A stretch of DNA of 64,000 nt from Nannocystales bacterium. Its GTDB lineage: Bacteria; Myxococcota_A; Polyangia; Nannocystales; Nannocystaceae. Location: contig JBOEGF010000014.1 of NCBI GenBank assembly GCA_050633305.1, positions 331,436-395,435 of the forward strand, written 5' to 3'. Shown here in pieces: positions 1 through 9,677 of this stretch (its first letter is position 1; each line of letters begins with the position of its first letter). The translations under genes and the position numbers were made by a program. The notes under the pieces were generated by a model that was given only the letters and a program-made list of their open reading frames with translations, was not told the origin of the DNA and searched no databases.

Positions 1-230
1 GTGCGAACCCGAAGGTCTCGAAACCGGAGCGTGCGAACCCGAAAGCGACCCAGCCTTCGCGCACGAACCCGAAGACCAACCCTTCTCGCACGAACCCGAA
101 GACCAAGCCTTCGCGTACGAACCCGAAGACCAAGCCCTCACGTACGAACTCGAAGACCCAGCCTTCGCGTACGAATCCGAAGACCAAGCCCACCGTCGCG
201 GAGTCAAAGGCCAGCCGGTCTCGGCGCTAG
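1..230 (+). CDS. 3' end of a protein (start outside window) with a basic low-complexity (TNPKTKPSR)n tail
   Basis: Frame 3 reads ANPKVSKPERANPKATQPSRTNPKTNPSRTNPKTKPSR...ASRSRR and stops at TAG 228-230, just before a strong hairpin. The other two + frames run antisense into murB. Confidence 0.5.
   Translation, partial: ANPKVSKPERANPKATQPSRTNPKTNPSRTNPKTKPSRTNPKTKPSRTNSKTQPSRTNPKTKPTVAESKASRSRR
31..195 (+). repeat. Tandem 27-bp repeat, 5 clear copies (61-195) plus degenerate copies upstream
   Basis: Units G(C/T)ACGAACCCGAAGACCAAGCCTTCGC start at 61, 88, 115, 142 and 169 with no unique spacers. Confidence 0.9.
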
Positions 231-250
231 CAGTCACCAACTTCGTCCCT

Positions 251-297
251 CGAAGCGCCACGCGGACCGTCCCCGCCGTGTGGCGCTTCGCCTTTGG
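251..297. terminator. Hairpin between convergent genes, probable intrinsic terminator
   Basis: CGAAGCGCCACGCGG (251-265) pairs with CCGTGTGGCGCTTCG (276-290), followed by CCTTTGG. Confidence 0.65.
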
Positions 298-1350
298 TTA
301 CAGAGACACGCCGACCAGGGTCGGCTCGGGCTCCAGCTGGACATCGAACACGTCCCGTACCCGGTCTCGGACCTCGCGGGCGAGCGAGACGAGCTGGGCG
401 GTCGAGCCCCCGCCCAGGTGTACGAGCGCAAGCGTGTGTTTGCTCGAGACTGCGACGTTGCCGCGGCGCATCCCTTTGGACACCCCCGAGCGTTCGATGA
501 GCCACGCGGCGGGAAACTTCGTCAGACCCTCTCCCGCGGCGTAAGTTGGGACCTCGGACGCTTCGGCGACAACGCCGGCTTCAATTGCACGGGCGCGGAC
601 CCGGTCCGCCGTTGCGGCGTCGACAATGGGGTTGGTGAAGAATGACCCGACGCTCCGGGTATCGGGGTCGCTGGGGTCGAGCACCATCGACTTGTTCTTC
701 CGCAGCGTGAGGACCATGTCACGAACAGTCGTGAGACTCACATCATGTCCCTGAAGGGCATTGCTGAGTTCACGGTATGCGACCGTGGGCGTCCCGCCCG
801 GGCGGAGCTGGAAGTGAACTCGCGTCACGACCCAGCGTCCGCGTTCGCGTTTGAATCGGCTACTGCGATACGCGAACTGGCACTGCGAGGACGTGAGTCG
901 AACGGACTCGCCACGTGCGAGGTCGAGGGCTTCGACACAGTCGATGACCTGGGAAACCTCTTGTCCGTAGGCCCCGACGTTCTGGATCGGTGTCGACCCC
1001 GCACAACCGGGAATCCCCGAGAGGCACTCGATTCCGGCCCATCCTCGTGAAACCGCGTACTCCACGACCTTTTCCCAGGGTTCGCCAGCCTCGACGACAA
1101 TCCGCCCAGAACCTTGTTCCACTATCCCTTTGAGCCCCAAGTGGATGGTCAACCCGTCGAAGCCACTGTCTGCGATCACCAGGTTCGAACCTCCGCCCAG
1201 GAGCAGCACAGGCCCTTGGGCCTCCTGCGAGGCGAGGGCTTCTCGGAGACTCTCGGAGGTCTCGGTCCGGATGAAGCGCCGCGATGGTCCACCCAGGCCG
1301 AGGCTGGTGAAGTCGGCGAGTTGCACGTCGGATTCGAAGGGGAGGGTCAC
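298..1350 (-). CDS. murB: UDP-N-acetylenolpyruvoylglucosamine reductase
   Basis: Motifs LGGGSNLV, GIECLSGIPG..GSTPIQNVGAYGQEV, FAYRSSRFK, SVGSFFTNP, AAWLIE, KHTLAL and LEPEP. Confidence 0.96.
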   Translation of the reverse strand: MTLPFESDVQLADFTSLGLGGPSRRFIRTETSESLREALASQEAQGPVLLLGGGSNLVIADSGFDGLTIHLGLKGIVEQGSGRIVVEAGEPWEKVVEYAVSRGWAGIECLSGIPGCAGSTPIQNVGAYGQEVSQVIDCVEALDLARGESVRLTSSQCQFAYRSSRFKRERGRWVVTRVHFQLRPGGTPTVAYRELSNALQGHDVSLTTVRDMVLTLRKNKSMVLDPSDPDTRSVGSFFTNPIVDAATADRVRARAIEAGVVAEASEVPTYAAGEGLTKFPAAWLIERSGVSKGMRRGNVAVSSKHTLALVHLGGGSTAQLVSLAREVRDRVRDVFDVQLEPEPTLVGVSL

Positions 1351-1391
1351 GGGCGCGGGGGTGAAGGGTCGTGATAGGGTTTTGGCCGAAA

Positions 1392-1991
1392 ATGGATCAC
1401 GCGGACATCAAGCGCGCGATCTTGGACGTGAGTCTCAAACTTGGCACTGAGCTCGGTGAAGAGGGGCTCACCATGAGAGCGATCGCCCGAGGGATGGGGG
1501 TCAGCGCCACGGCGTTGTACCAGTACTATGAGAGTAAGGCCGCGATCCTCCGCGAGCTTCGAACCAAGGGCGTCGAGAAGCTCAACGCCTTCCTCGCCCC
1601 CGCGTTCGCAGAACCCGACCCCATCGATCAGCTGAGACGCAACGCCGAACTCTATCTGCGGTTCTCGCGCGAGCACCCGTGGATGTACCAGCTGATCAAC
1701 GAGACCCCCGAGGACTGGGGTGCCCACAACGACGACCGACGCGCCGCAGCGATGAACTCGGTCGAGCGCACCTTCGAGGCGCTGCGTCTGTGTGAGCAGC
1801 GGGGACTGCTGCTCGAGGGAGTGCGGCTCGAGGCCGCTCCGCTCTCGATCTGGGCGGCCCTGCACGGGATGGCGCTGCTCATGTCCACAGAGCGCGTCAG
1901 TCCCAATCACAGCCAGTATCCCAGCCCGCCCCTCGAAGTGGTCATCGAACGCTTCGCGGACTACATCCTGCGCGGTTTCCTGCGCGTGTGA
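1392..1991 (+). CDS. TetR/AcrR family regulator with WHG-type C-terminal domain
   Basis: HTH GLTMRAIARGMGVSATALYQYYESK and C-terminal WAALHG. Confidence 0.92.
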   Translation: MDHADIKRAILDVSLKLGTELGEEGLTMRAIARGMGVSATALYQYYESKAAILRELRTKGVEKLNAFLAPAFAEPDPIDQLRRNAELYLRFSREHPWMYQLINETPEDWGAHNDDRRAAAMNSVERTFEALRLCEQRGLLLEGVRLEAAPLSIWAALHGMALLMSTERVSPNHSQYPSPPLEVVIERFADYILRGFLRV

Positions 1992-2058
1992 CCTCCCCGC
2001 CGATCGGGCGGGAGTCGTGGCAACAGAAACCGGCGGTTCGCGGCTATGCTACGCGGCC

Positions 2059-3198
2059 GTGGGAACGTCCCAATCCGCATCGCGCTACCAGGTCATGGAG
2101 TCTCTCGGCCACGGCGGCCAAGGCTCCACATTCCGTGGTGTCGATCGTGACAGCGGCGAAAACGTTGCGATCAAGGTGCTCTCGCTCAAGGGCGCGAAGA
2201 GTTGGAAGGCGTTCGACCGGTTTGAGCGCGAGATGGATACCCTCGCCAAGCTCACCCACCCCGGTATTCCGAAGTATCTCGACCGCTACGCGTACGAGGC
2301 GAGCGGTGACTACTTCCTGGTGATGGAGTTGATCGAGGGGGTGCCGCTGTCGAAGCACCTCAGCGAGCCTGGGTTGAGCGAGCGCAAGCTCAGGAGCGTT
2401 CTCGACCAGATTCTCGAGGTGCTGGCGTACCTTCATGAACAACGCCCGCCACTCATCCACCGGGACATCAAGCCCGCCAATGTGATCATGCGACCCGATG
2501 GCACGATCTCGCTGGTCGACTTTGGTGGTGTTCGACAGCGCGGGGGTGGAGAGACGGAGGCGACGACGACGATCGGAACCTTCGGCTACATGGCCCCGGA
2601 GCAGCTGCATGGCACCGCGACTTCGGCTTCCGACATCTACGCCTTGGGCGCGACGATCCTGACGCTGCTCGCTCGGAAGAGCCCGGGCGCGTTGCCTCAT
2701 CGTGGGCTCCGCTTCGACTTCGAAGCCCTAAAGCTTCCACAGCCCTTCGCGCGGGTCTTGCCGGCGATGCTGGAGCCTGATCCGGAACTTCGGCTGACCG
2801 ACGTTGCGGCGGTGCGCGCTGCCCTGGCAGCCAAGCCCAAGCCCACGCCTCAGGCTCCCCCGCGAGCTGAGCCGAGCGCTGGGTCGACCCCCAAGCCGGG
2901 TTCGCAATCGAAGGCGCTGGTTCGGTTGCCCGAGGAAGCGCTCGCGCTCGCCAACACACCCGCACCCTTCTCGGTGGTCGTGTGGATCTTGGCGGCGCTC
3001 AGCTCCGGGGTGTTGCTGGTGTTCGAAGCGGTCTTCCTCCCGTTCTTCTTCCAGCTCGCCACGGCGCTGCGCAACAAGCCTTCCAACGACCCCAAAGCGG
3101 TCGCGTTTCGAGCCGACTACGAGCGCTTCAAGACGCGGGTTGGCGAGATGCGCAACGCCGCGACGCATGTGGCCGACGGTACTCGGCCCAACACCTGA
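2059..3198 (+). CDS. Hanks-type Ser/Thr protein kinase with C-terminal TM segment
   Basis: LGHGGQG, VAIK, HRDIKPAN, DFG, GTFGYMAPE; hydrophobic stretch FSVVVWILAALSSGVLLVFEAVFLPFFF. Start chosen at GTG 2059. Confidence 0.92.
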   Translation: MGTSQSASRYQVMESLGHGGQGSTFRGVDRDSGENVAIKVLSLKGAKSWKAFDRFEREMDTLAKLTHPGIPKYLDRYAYEASGDYFLVMELIEGVPLSKHLSEPGLSERKLRSVLDQILEVLAYLHEQRPPLIHRDIKPANVIMRPDGTISLVDFGGVRQRGGGETEATTTIGTFGYMAPEQLHGTATSASDIYALGATILTLLARKSPGALPHRGLRFDFEALKLPQPFARVLPAMLEPDPELRLTDVAAVRAALAAKPKPTPQAPPRAEPSAGSTPKPGSQSKALVRLPEEALALANTPAPFSVVVWILAALSSGVLLVFEAVFLPFFFQLATALRNKPSNDPKAVAFRADYERFKTRVGEMRNAATHVADGTRPNT

Positions 3199-3423
3199 TC
3201 ACTTCCACTCGACTTCGGTCTTGCGGGTCGCCGAGCGCCCGATGAGACCGATGACGATGAGGCCCAGCCCGCCGAACGACAGGATCTGCTGCAGCCGTTC
3301 GTAGCTTCCGACCGCGGCGGCGGCTTGCTTGACGAGGTCTTCGTTCTGGAACGAACTCAGCGCGAAGCCGGCCAGGCCGACGGCGACCCCCAGATAGAGC
3401 AGGAACTTGAACACGGCAGACAT
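3199..3423 (-). CDS. Small two-TM membrane protein
   Basis: 74 aa with two hydrophobic segments; co-directional and downstream of hrpB. Confidence 0.7.
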   Translation of the reverse strand: MSAVFKFLLYLGVAVGLAGFALSSFQNEDLVKQAAAAVGSYERLQQILSFGGLGLIVIGLIGRSATRKTEVEWK

Positions 3424-3478
3424 GGTCGCTGCCCGAGGCTACGCGTTTCCTGGGGCGGGGTGAACCCGCATGGGGTGC

Positions 3479-6022
3479 TCATTTCTTTCGACGCGTTCGG
3501 CGAGGCCGGGGAGCGGGTGGCTTGGCCTCCAGAGGGCGCTCGGGCCAGTCGTGCCTGGGGTAGCGCCTCCCCAGGACCTTTCGTTGGTCCGGGTAGTGCC
3601 GCTCCCAAAAACCGGCGAGGTCGGTCGTGACTTGGACGGCTCGCATGTTGGGGGCGAGCAAATGCAGGACCAGCGGGGTCCGCCCATCGCCGACCGTGGG
3701 GCCCTGCGCGCTGCCAAAGAAGTCCTGCAAACGCGACTCGGCCCAGGGATCGCGGTCGAGTTCGTAGTGCACACGGAGCCTCCGTCCCCCGGGGATCGAG
3801 ACGTGCGAAGGGGCGAGCCGTTCGAGTGCCGCCCGGGCCTCGGACGGGAGCATGTCGAGCGCGCGTCCCAAGACTCGCGCTTTACGAAGCTGGGCGAAGC
3901 TGCTGCGTCCCTCGCAGGCCGAACGCAGCATCTCCAGCATTCGTTGGTCGTCGACGATCGGGACACGTGGGTCGTGGCGATGCGCGAAGCGAGTCCGCGC
4001 CTCCAAAGCCCTCGCGGCGTCGCGGTCGTCGACGAAGGCTTCGAGGCCCTTGCCGCGCGCCGCCTCAAACAGGACCTCGGCCGCTTCGGGGGGGAGCTCG
4101 CGCAGGTGGGTGGTATCGACGACGAGCGCGCCCAGGCGAACCTCTTCGAGGGCGGTGACACGCTCCCGGGTGGCATCGAAGGTCACGACGCGGTGCTCTT
4201 CGAGGTCGTCGACGAACAGCTCGAGCAAACCCTCGAGTTCGACTCCAGCGGCGCTCCTCACGAGTACGGTTGGCTGCCCTCGAGGACCCTTTCGCTCCTC
4301 GATGGCCAGGGCGACGGCGAGCTCGGTGTCGCGGACCGCGGAATGCTCGCTCAAGGCGGCACTGCCTCCTTCGGCAAACACGATCTCGAGGCCACCGCCG
4401 GCGCCCTCCCGTAGTCGGCCGATGCGGTCGGGGAAGCCGGCCAACAGTGCGAGTCCCAAGTCATCTTCCTCGGCGGGGGTCGGCCGCGCCGAGTGTCCTT
4501 GTACTCGCATGGACTTGCGCAGCTGGGACTGGACTCGCTGCACCATCTTGCATGCACCGATGTCGAGTCCGAGTCGATGTGCCGCCGATGCGCCGTCGCG
4601 TTCGAACGCCCGTAGGTCTTCGGTTTCGACGATGACGTCGGAGTGCGCGGTTCGGATGTCGCGGCGGGCGTCACGTCGGTGAATCGCGCGTTCCGAGAGC
4701 AGCGCGACCGCGGTCGTCCCCAGCCCTTCAACGCCACGGGTCCGCGCCTCTTCGAGCACGCGCGCGAGCCGGGGGTGCACGGGATGGCGGAGCATGGAGG
4801 TGCCGACCTTGGTGAGCGAGCCGTCCTTCTTCACAGCGCCGAGGCGTTGCAGGAGGGTCTCTGCCGCGTCGACAGCCGCGTCGGGGGGCGGCTCGAACCA
4901 CCGCAGGTCTCTGGGTCCCGCCAACCCGGCCGCGCGTAGGTCCAGCATGGCTGCGGCGAGGTCGAGGCGGCACAGCTCCGGGGCGTCAAACGCGGGCCGA
5001 CGGTCGAAGTCGTGTTTGGAGTACAGCCGCAGGCAGCGTCCGGCCTGGACGCGACCGGCCCGGCCAGCGCGTTGCTCTGCGGACGCCCTGGAGATCTTGG
5101 CCAGCGTGAGCGTGGGGATGCCCGTCCACGGGTTGTGGCTGGGCTTGCGCGCAAGCCCGCTGTCGATCACTGCCACCACATGGTCGATCGTCACGGAGGT
5201 CTCGGCGACGTTCGTGCTGAGGATCAGCTTGGGGCGGTCGCCGGCTGACACGGCGCGATCCTGTTCGCGAGCCGGGAGGTCGCCGTGTAGCTGCACCAGT
5301 TCGAGTCCCAGATGCTGGGCTTGCCCGGCCAAGGTCTTGGCGCAGCCGCGGATCTCACGAGCGCCAGGAAGGAACACGAGGACGCTGCCGTTTAGACCGT
5401 CATCGGCGAGTTGCCGAAGCGCGACGCTGACTTGCCCGGGGAGCGGACGGTCGCTCGCCTTGGTGGCATGGGTCACGTCCACAGGGAAGGTGCGACCCTC
5501 GCAGTGCAACGCTTGGCAGTCGAGGTAACGCGCGATCGGTTCCGGTGCGAGCGTTGCCGACATGACGCCGATGCGCAGGTCGCTTCGTGTCTCGGAGAGA
5601 CGGCGTAGGAGGGCCAAGGCGACATCGGTGTGGATGTGTCGCTCGTGGAACTCGTCGAGGATGACCGTGGACACGCCTTGCAAACTCGGATCATCGCGAA
5701 GCCGCCGGAGCAGCAGTCCCTCGGTGACGAAGCGAATCCGGGTCTTCCTGCTGACCTTGCTGTCGAAGCGGACCTGATAGCCGCACGTCTCGCCGACGGG
5801 TTCGCCCAAGGTCGAGGCAACGCGAAGCGCGGCCATTCGGGCGGCGATCCTTCGCGGTTGTGCGACCAGAACCTCACCACCGTCGGTGATACCGGACTCG
5901 TGTAGCATCACCGGGACGCGGGTGGTCTTGCCGGCGCCAGGCTCGGCCTGAAGGACGAAGTGGCGGGTGCGTTCGAGACCCTCGAGGAGGGCCGCGCGAA
6001 TCGTCTCGATCGGAAGGGTCAT
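3479..6022 (-). CDS. hrpB: ATP-dependent RNA helicase HrpB
   Basis: AEPGAGKTT, QPRRIAAR, DEFHER, MSATL, STNVAETSVTI, QRAGRAGR and the HrpB C-terminal LLAPNMRAVQVTTDLAGFW...RYPRHDWPE. Confidence 0.96.
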   Translation of the reverse strand: MTLPIETIRAALLEGLERTRHFVLQAEPGAGKTTRVPVMLHESGITDGGEVLVAQPRRIAARMAALRVASTLGEPVGETCGYQVRFDSKVSRKTRIRFVTEGLLLRRLRDDPSLQGVSTVILDEFHERHIHTDVALALLRRLSETRSDLRIGVMSATLAPEPIARYLDCQALHCEGRTFPVDVTHATKASDRPLPGQVSVALRQLADDGLNGSVLVFLPGAREIRGCAKTLAGQAQHLGLELVQLHGDLPAREQDRAVSAGDRPKLILSTNVAETSVTIDHVVAVIDSGLARKPSHNPWTGIPTLTLAKISRASAEQRAGRAGRVQAGRCLRLYSKHDFDRRPAFDAPELCRLDLAAAMLDLRAAGLAGPRDLRWFEPPPDAAVDAAETLLQRLGAVKKDGSLTKVGTSMLRHPVHPRLARVLEEARTRGVEGLGTTAVALLSERAIHRRDARRDIRTAHSDVIVETEDLRAFERDGASAAHRLGLDIGACKMVQRVQSQLRKSMRVQGHSARPTPAEEDDLGLALLAGFPDRIGRLREGAGGGLEIVFAEGGSAALSEHSAVRDTELAVALAIEERKGPRGQPTVLVRSAAGVELEGLLELFVDDLEEHRVVTFDATRERVTALEEVRLGALVVDTTHLRELPPEAAEVLFEAARGKGLEAFVDDRDAARALEARTRFAHRHDPRVPIVDDQRMLEMLRSACEGRSSFAQLRKARVLGRALDMLPSEARAALERLAPSHVSIPGGRRLRVHYELDRDPWAESRLQDFFGSAQGPTVGDGRTPLVLHLLAPNMRAVQVTTDLAGFWERHYPDQRKVLGRRYPRHDWPERPLEAKPPAPRPRRTRRKK

Positions 6023-9000
6023 CCGGGATGCTTGGCGAGCCAGTCGCGAGTCTCTTGCGCTTCGACCTCGCCGTCGAGGCCGGCCTTCACAAACATCTGC
6101 AGGGCCTCTTCTGCCAGTTTTCGGGCCTTTTTTCGGCCCGTTGCGCTGGAATCGGTTGCGAGCGTCGCTTCGCTCAGCGTCATCGTCAAGCGACCGTGCT
6201 CCGCTGAAGCCAGGCCACTCTTTCGTACGTCTTCGAGGGCGGCTCGAGCGACGGCCAGCGCCTCATCGTTTTCGTCGTTGAGGAGCAGGGCGCGAGACAA
6301 ACCATGGCGATTGAGAGCGATGCGGGGTGCGTCCGAGTCGAGCTTGGGCTCGAGGACGCTGGCGATGGCGCGTCTCTGCGCGATGGCGGCGTCGTACTCC
6401 CCGAGTTCGGTGAGCGCTTCGGCCAGGTTGCCCCGTGTCTCCAACAGCGCGGGGTCGTCGGGCTCGAGGGAGGAACGCTTGATCTCGATGGCCCGCTCAC
6501 TCTCGGCCTTGGATTCCTCGTACCGCTTCATGTCCAGGAACAGGACGGCGAGGTTGTTGTGGACGTTTGCGAGGTCGGGGTGGGTGGAACCGTAGGCCTT
6601 CGTCCAGATTCGTCCGGCTTCGCGGTACACGGTCTCCGCCTCTTCCAGGCGATTCTGACGGCGCAGCGTCACCGCGATGTTGAGACTGATCCCCGCCACA
6701 CTCGGGTCGTCCGGGCCGTTGAGTTCGGTTCGGATCTCCAAGGCTTCTCGAAATGCTCGCTCGCCCTCCGCCGCTTTGCCCTGCATGGTCAAGATACGTC
6801 CAAGCGAGTTGACGGCGTTGGCGGTCTTGCCGTGGATTTGTCCTGCTGCCGCTCGAACGATCTCGAGGGCTTGCTTCGCCTCGTCCTCCGCTTCGTCGAA
6901 CCGGCGGGCATCGGTCAGGATGTCGGCCAGAATCGTCTTTCCTGAGCCGTACAGGACATGCTTCGGACCGAGGGAGCGCAAGCGGGATGCGTCGGCAGCT
7001 CGGGCTTCGGCCTCGGCCTCGTCGAGCTGGCCCCGCAGTCGCAGCAGCGTGGCCAGGTTCCCGCGGACGATCGAGATTTTGGGGTGGTCGGCCCCAAGTG
7101 ACGATGTCAGCACGTCGATCGCTGTGCGGAATTCGGCCTCCGCCTCGGGGAGCTTTCCTTGAACTCGAAGGACGCCGGCCAAGCTGTTGTGCGCTCCGCC
7201 GACGCGTTGGTCGTCGGGGCCCAGGGTTTCAGTCAACACTGCGAGCGCGTCGCGAAGTTCGCGTTCGCCAGCCTTGAGCTGGCCGCTCTTGGATAGCACC
7301 AGCCCCAGCGCCAGCGCGACTTGGCTCTCCCGCAGGGGGTCCCCCTTGGCTGCAGCCTCCGCAACTTCGCGCAACGACATCACGTCGCCGGGTTGCTCGA
7401 GGCGGTAGCCTACGGTGTGGAGCAGCTCGGCGGCGGCATCCGCCGTTCGGTCGAAATCGCGGGACTCGATCGACAAGCGCAGCGCCTGGCGGAAGGCGGT
7501 CGCCGCATCTGCCTGTCGACCCTGTGCGAGCAGCAGCTTGGCTCGCTCGAGCTGGAATTCTCCGCGGACGGGGACGTAGTCGACCTGGTCGATCTGTCCT
7601 TTGGCGCGGTTGAGTTCGGTGTCTGCGTCCTCGAACCGCGCCCCGAGGCGGTCGACCTTCGCCAACTCGAGGGCTTCTCGAATGGACGCGACGGCCTCGG
7701 CCTCGTCGGTCGCAGGGGGATCTGTGCCCTCTTGCAGCGCTGCGATGTCGCCACACCGAGCCACCTCGGGAAGCTCGTCGAGCATCGTGTCGACATTGCG
7801 GAGCACGTCGACGTCGGATCGGATCAAGAGGTCGACGATCGCTCCGAAGGCGATGCGGCCACGATCGAGACATCCGACGCGGAGGTCGCGAAGCGCAGCG
7901 GAATGCTCCTTGCGGACCGTCGCTTCGCACGCAGCGCGATGTCCTGCGACCCAATCCTGCGCGTAGCTGTCGAGCCGCTTGTCGACTCGTCCCCACAACG
8001 CGCGCGCATAGACAACGTCGACCGAGGTCACCCCGGACTTCACCGCGGCCCGGGCGTCGGCGCCCCACTCGTTGGTCAACTGCAGTTCGGACCCGCTGCA
8101 GGGGGTCGGCGTGTCGGAGCGAGCCGCGTACGCTGCACCCCCGGCTGCGGTCATGAGACCCAAGACGGCGGTTCCGCGGATGAGCATCGACCGGCGGCCG
8201 CTGGGGTCGCGCGACAAGGCCGTGAGAAGCGCGTCCATCGACGGCCAGCGGTCCTCCGGTTTCGGAGCGAGACCGCGGGAGAGGGCGTCACCAAGCCAGC
8301 GAGGACCACATGCGGTGGGCCACTCGGGGGGACCTTTGGCTTTGCGTCGCGCGAGCTTGTGCCCGCTGTAGGGCGGAGCTTGAGTCAGGGCCTCCCACAG
8401 TGCGACGCAGAACGCGAACTGGTCGACTGCATGCGACAGCTCCTTCCCCTGGTGCTGCTCGGGAGCCATGTACCGCGGCGTGCCCATCACTTCACCAGCA
8501 CGGGTGAGGTCGTCGTCGCCCACCTCTTCCCAGTTGTCGTTGCTGGCGGAAAGAGAGGAACCGGAGAGGTCCTTCGCCCGCTTGGCGAGTCCGAAGTCGG
8601 TAACTTTGGCGATCTCGGGGGTGACCAGGACGTTGGCCGGCTTGAAGTCGCGGTGGAGAATGCCGGCTGCGTGCGCGGCCGAGAGCCCCCGGCCGGCTTC
8701 GACGAACGGCCTCAGCACGTCTTGCCATGGGCGGGTGGTTTGCTTGGACCAGGCGCGGAGCGTGGGGCCATCCACGTATTCCATGACGAGGACGATCTGC
8801 CCGTCGTCCAAGGCCTCGACGTCGTACACACTCACGACGTTGGGGTGAGAGAGGCTGGCCATGGCGCGTGCCTCTTGCTCGAAGCGAGCGCGCCCCTCTT
8901 CTCCCAGAGACCGGGCCCGAAGCTGTTTCAGTGCGACCTCGCGCTGCAGCTTGGGGTCGTAGGCGCGGTAGACCGAGCCCATCCCGCCGCGACCAACTTC

Positions 9001-9168
9001 TTCGAGCACGACATGCCGGCCGATCCTCTGCGCCATCTCCGGCTCGTCGATCGCGGCATCCTCGCTGCTCACGAGCGCGACGGTTGCCGAGTCCGCGTTG
9101 GCCTCGCTGTCGTCGTCAGCGCGGGGATCGTGGCCCTCGTGTGGCCCTTTGGAAGATCGGTGGCTCAA
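6019..9168 (-). CDS. Membrane Ser/Thr kinase with C-terminal TPR array
   Basis: GRGGMG, VALK, HRDFKPANV, DFG, GTPRYMAPE, a TM, a Cys-containing helical region and HP..A...NNLA repeats. Start uncertain; TTG 9168 has GGAG upstream. Confidence 0.93.
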   Translation of the reverse strand: MSHRSSKGPHEGHDPRADDDSEANADSATVALVSSEDAAIDEPEMAQRIGRHVVLEEVGRGGMGSVYRAYDPKLQREVALKQLRARSLGEEGRARFEQEARAMASLSHPNVVSVYDVEALDDGQIVLVMEYVDGPTLRAWSKQTTRPWQDVLRPFVEAGRGLSAAHAAGILHRDFKPANVLVTPEIAKVTDFGLAKRAKDLSGSSLSASNDNWEEVGDDDLTRAGEVMGTPRYMAPEQHQGKELSHAVDQFAFCVALWEALTQAPPYSGHKLARRKAKGPPEWPTACGPRWLGDALSRGLAPKPEDRWPSMDALLTALSRDPSGRRSMLIRGTAVLGLMTAAGGAAYAARSDTPTPCSGSELQLTNEWGADARAAVKSGVTSVDVVYARALWGRVDKRLDSYAQDWVAGHRAACEATVRKEHSAALRDLRVGCLDRGRIAFGAIVDLLIRSDVDVLRNVDTMLDELPEVARCGDIAALQEGTDPPATDEAEAVASIREALELAKVDRLGARFEDADTELNRAKGQIDQVDYVPVRGEFQLERAKLLLAQGRQADAATAFRQALRLSIESRDFDRTADAAAELLHTVGYRLEQPGDVMSLREVAEAAAKGDPLRESQVALALGLVLSKSGQLKAGERELRDALAVLTETLGPDDQRVGGAHNSLAGVLRVQGKLPEAEAEFRTAIDVLTSSLGADHPKISIVRGNLATLLRLRGQLDEAEAEARAADASRLRSLGPKHVLYGSGKTILADILTDARRFDEAEDEAKQALEIVRAAAGQIHGKTANAVNSLGRILTMQGKAAEGERAFREALEIRTELNGPDDPSVAGISLNIAVTLRRQNRLEEAETVYREAGRIWTKAYGSTHPDLANVHNNLAVLFLDMKRYEESKAESERAIEIKRSSLEPDDPALLETRGNLAEALTELGEYDAAIAQRRAIASVLEPKLDSDAPRIALNRHGLSRALLLNDENDEALAVARAALEDVRKSGLASAEHGRLTMTLSEATLATDSSATGRKKARKLAEEALQMFVKAGLDGEVEAQETRDWLAKHPG

Positions 9169-9407
9169 CGGGTGACTCGCTCCATAATACGGCCACCGGC
9201 GGGATTGCCGAACGCTGAACCGTACATCGAGCAGTTCCGAGGGAACGAGGAACGGGCCCGTTTGAGGACGAATCTGGCCACAGACCGGCATTTCAGACCC
9301 CGAGCAGGGCGGACCTGCAGCACCCGGGCGCGGGACGCTCCGCAAAGGGATGCGCCGCGACGAACGGGCAGTCGGTGCCTCTTGTTGGTTGGCGCGGGAT
9401 TCCCCGC

Positions 9408-9436
9408 TTGACGGTCTACACACCCGGCCGGATGCT
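9408..9436 (+). promoter_or_regulatory. Putative sigma70-type promoter of feoAB, possibly leaderless
   Basis: TTGACG (9408-9413), 17-bp spacer, GATGCT (9431-9436), then ATG 7 nt later at 9444. Confidence 0.5.
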
Positions 9437-9443
9437 CGCCGCC

Positions 9444-9677
9444 ATGCTGAGCGCGGAGTCGTTGCAAGTCGGAGAGTCCGGTGTCGTGGAAGACGTGGGC
9501 GGCACCGACACGACCGCGCTCCGGCTGCTCGAGATGGGACTGGTCTGTGGCACTGTGGTCACACTCCTCAAGCGGGCGCCGACCGGCGATCCGCTGCAGT
9601 TTCGCGTGCGCGGTTTCCATCTCTCGTTGCGCCGCGCAGAGGCTGCTCGGATTCAACTCGCGGGGTCCGGCGAATGA
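9444..9677 (+). CDS. feoA: Ferrous iron transport protein A
   Basis: RLLEMGLVCG...KRAPTGDPLQFRVRGFHLSLRRAEA; ATGA overlap with feoB. Confidence 0.93.
   Translation: MLSAESLQVGESGVVEDVGGTDTTALRLLEMGLVCGTVVTLLKRAPTGDPLQFRVRGFHLSLRRAEAARIQLAGSGE

Noticed and set aside
31..195. 27-bp repeats as CRISPR
   Set aside because: Head-to-tail with no spacers, and the unit length is a multiple of 3, consistent with a coding repeat.
1..645. 214-aa Arg-rich ORF in the track
   Set aside because: Runs through the hairpin and antisense into murB; likely a shadow frame.
7321..9411. Long antisense ORFs (also 42036-43538, 37804-39456, 27444-28928) and the off-frame ORF 48624-50579
   Set aside because: Shadows of well-supported genes, expected in high-GC DNA, with no recognisable motifs.
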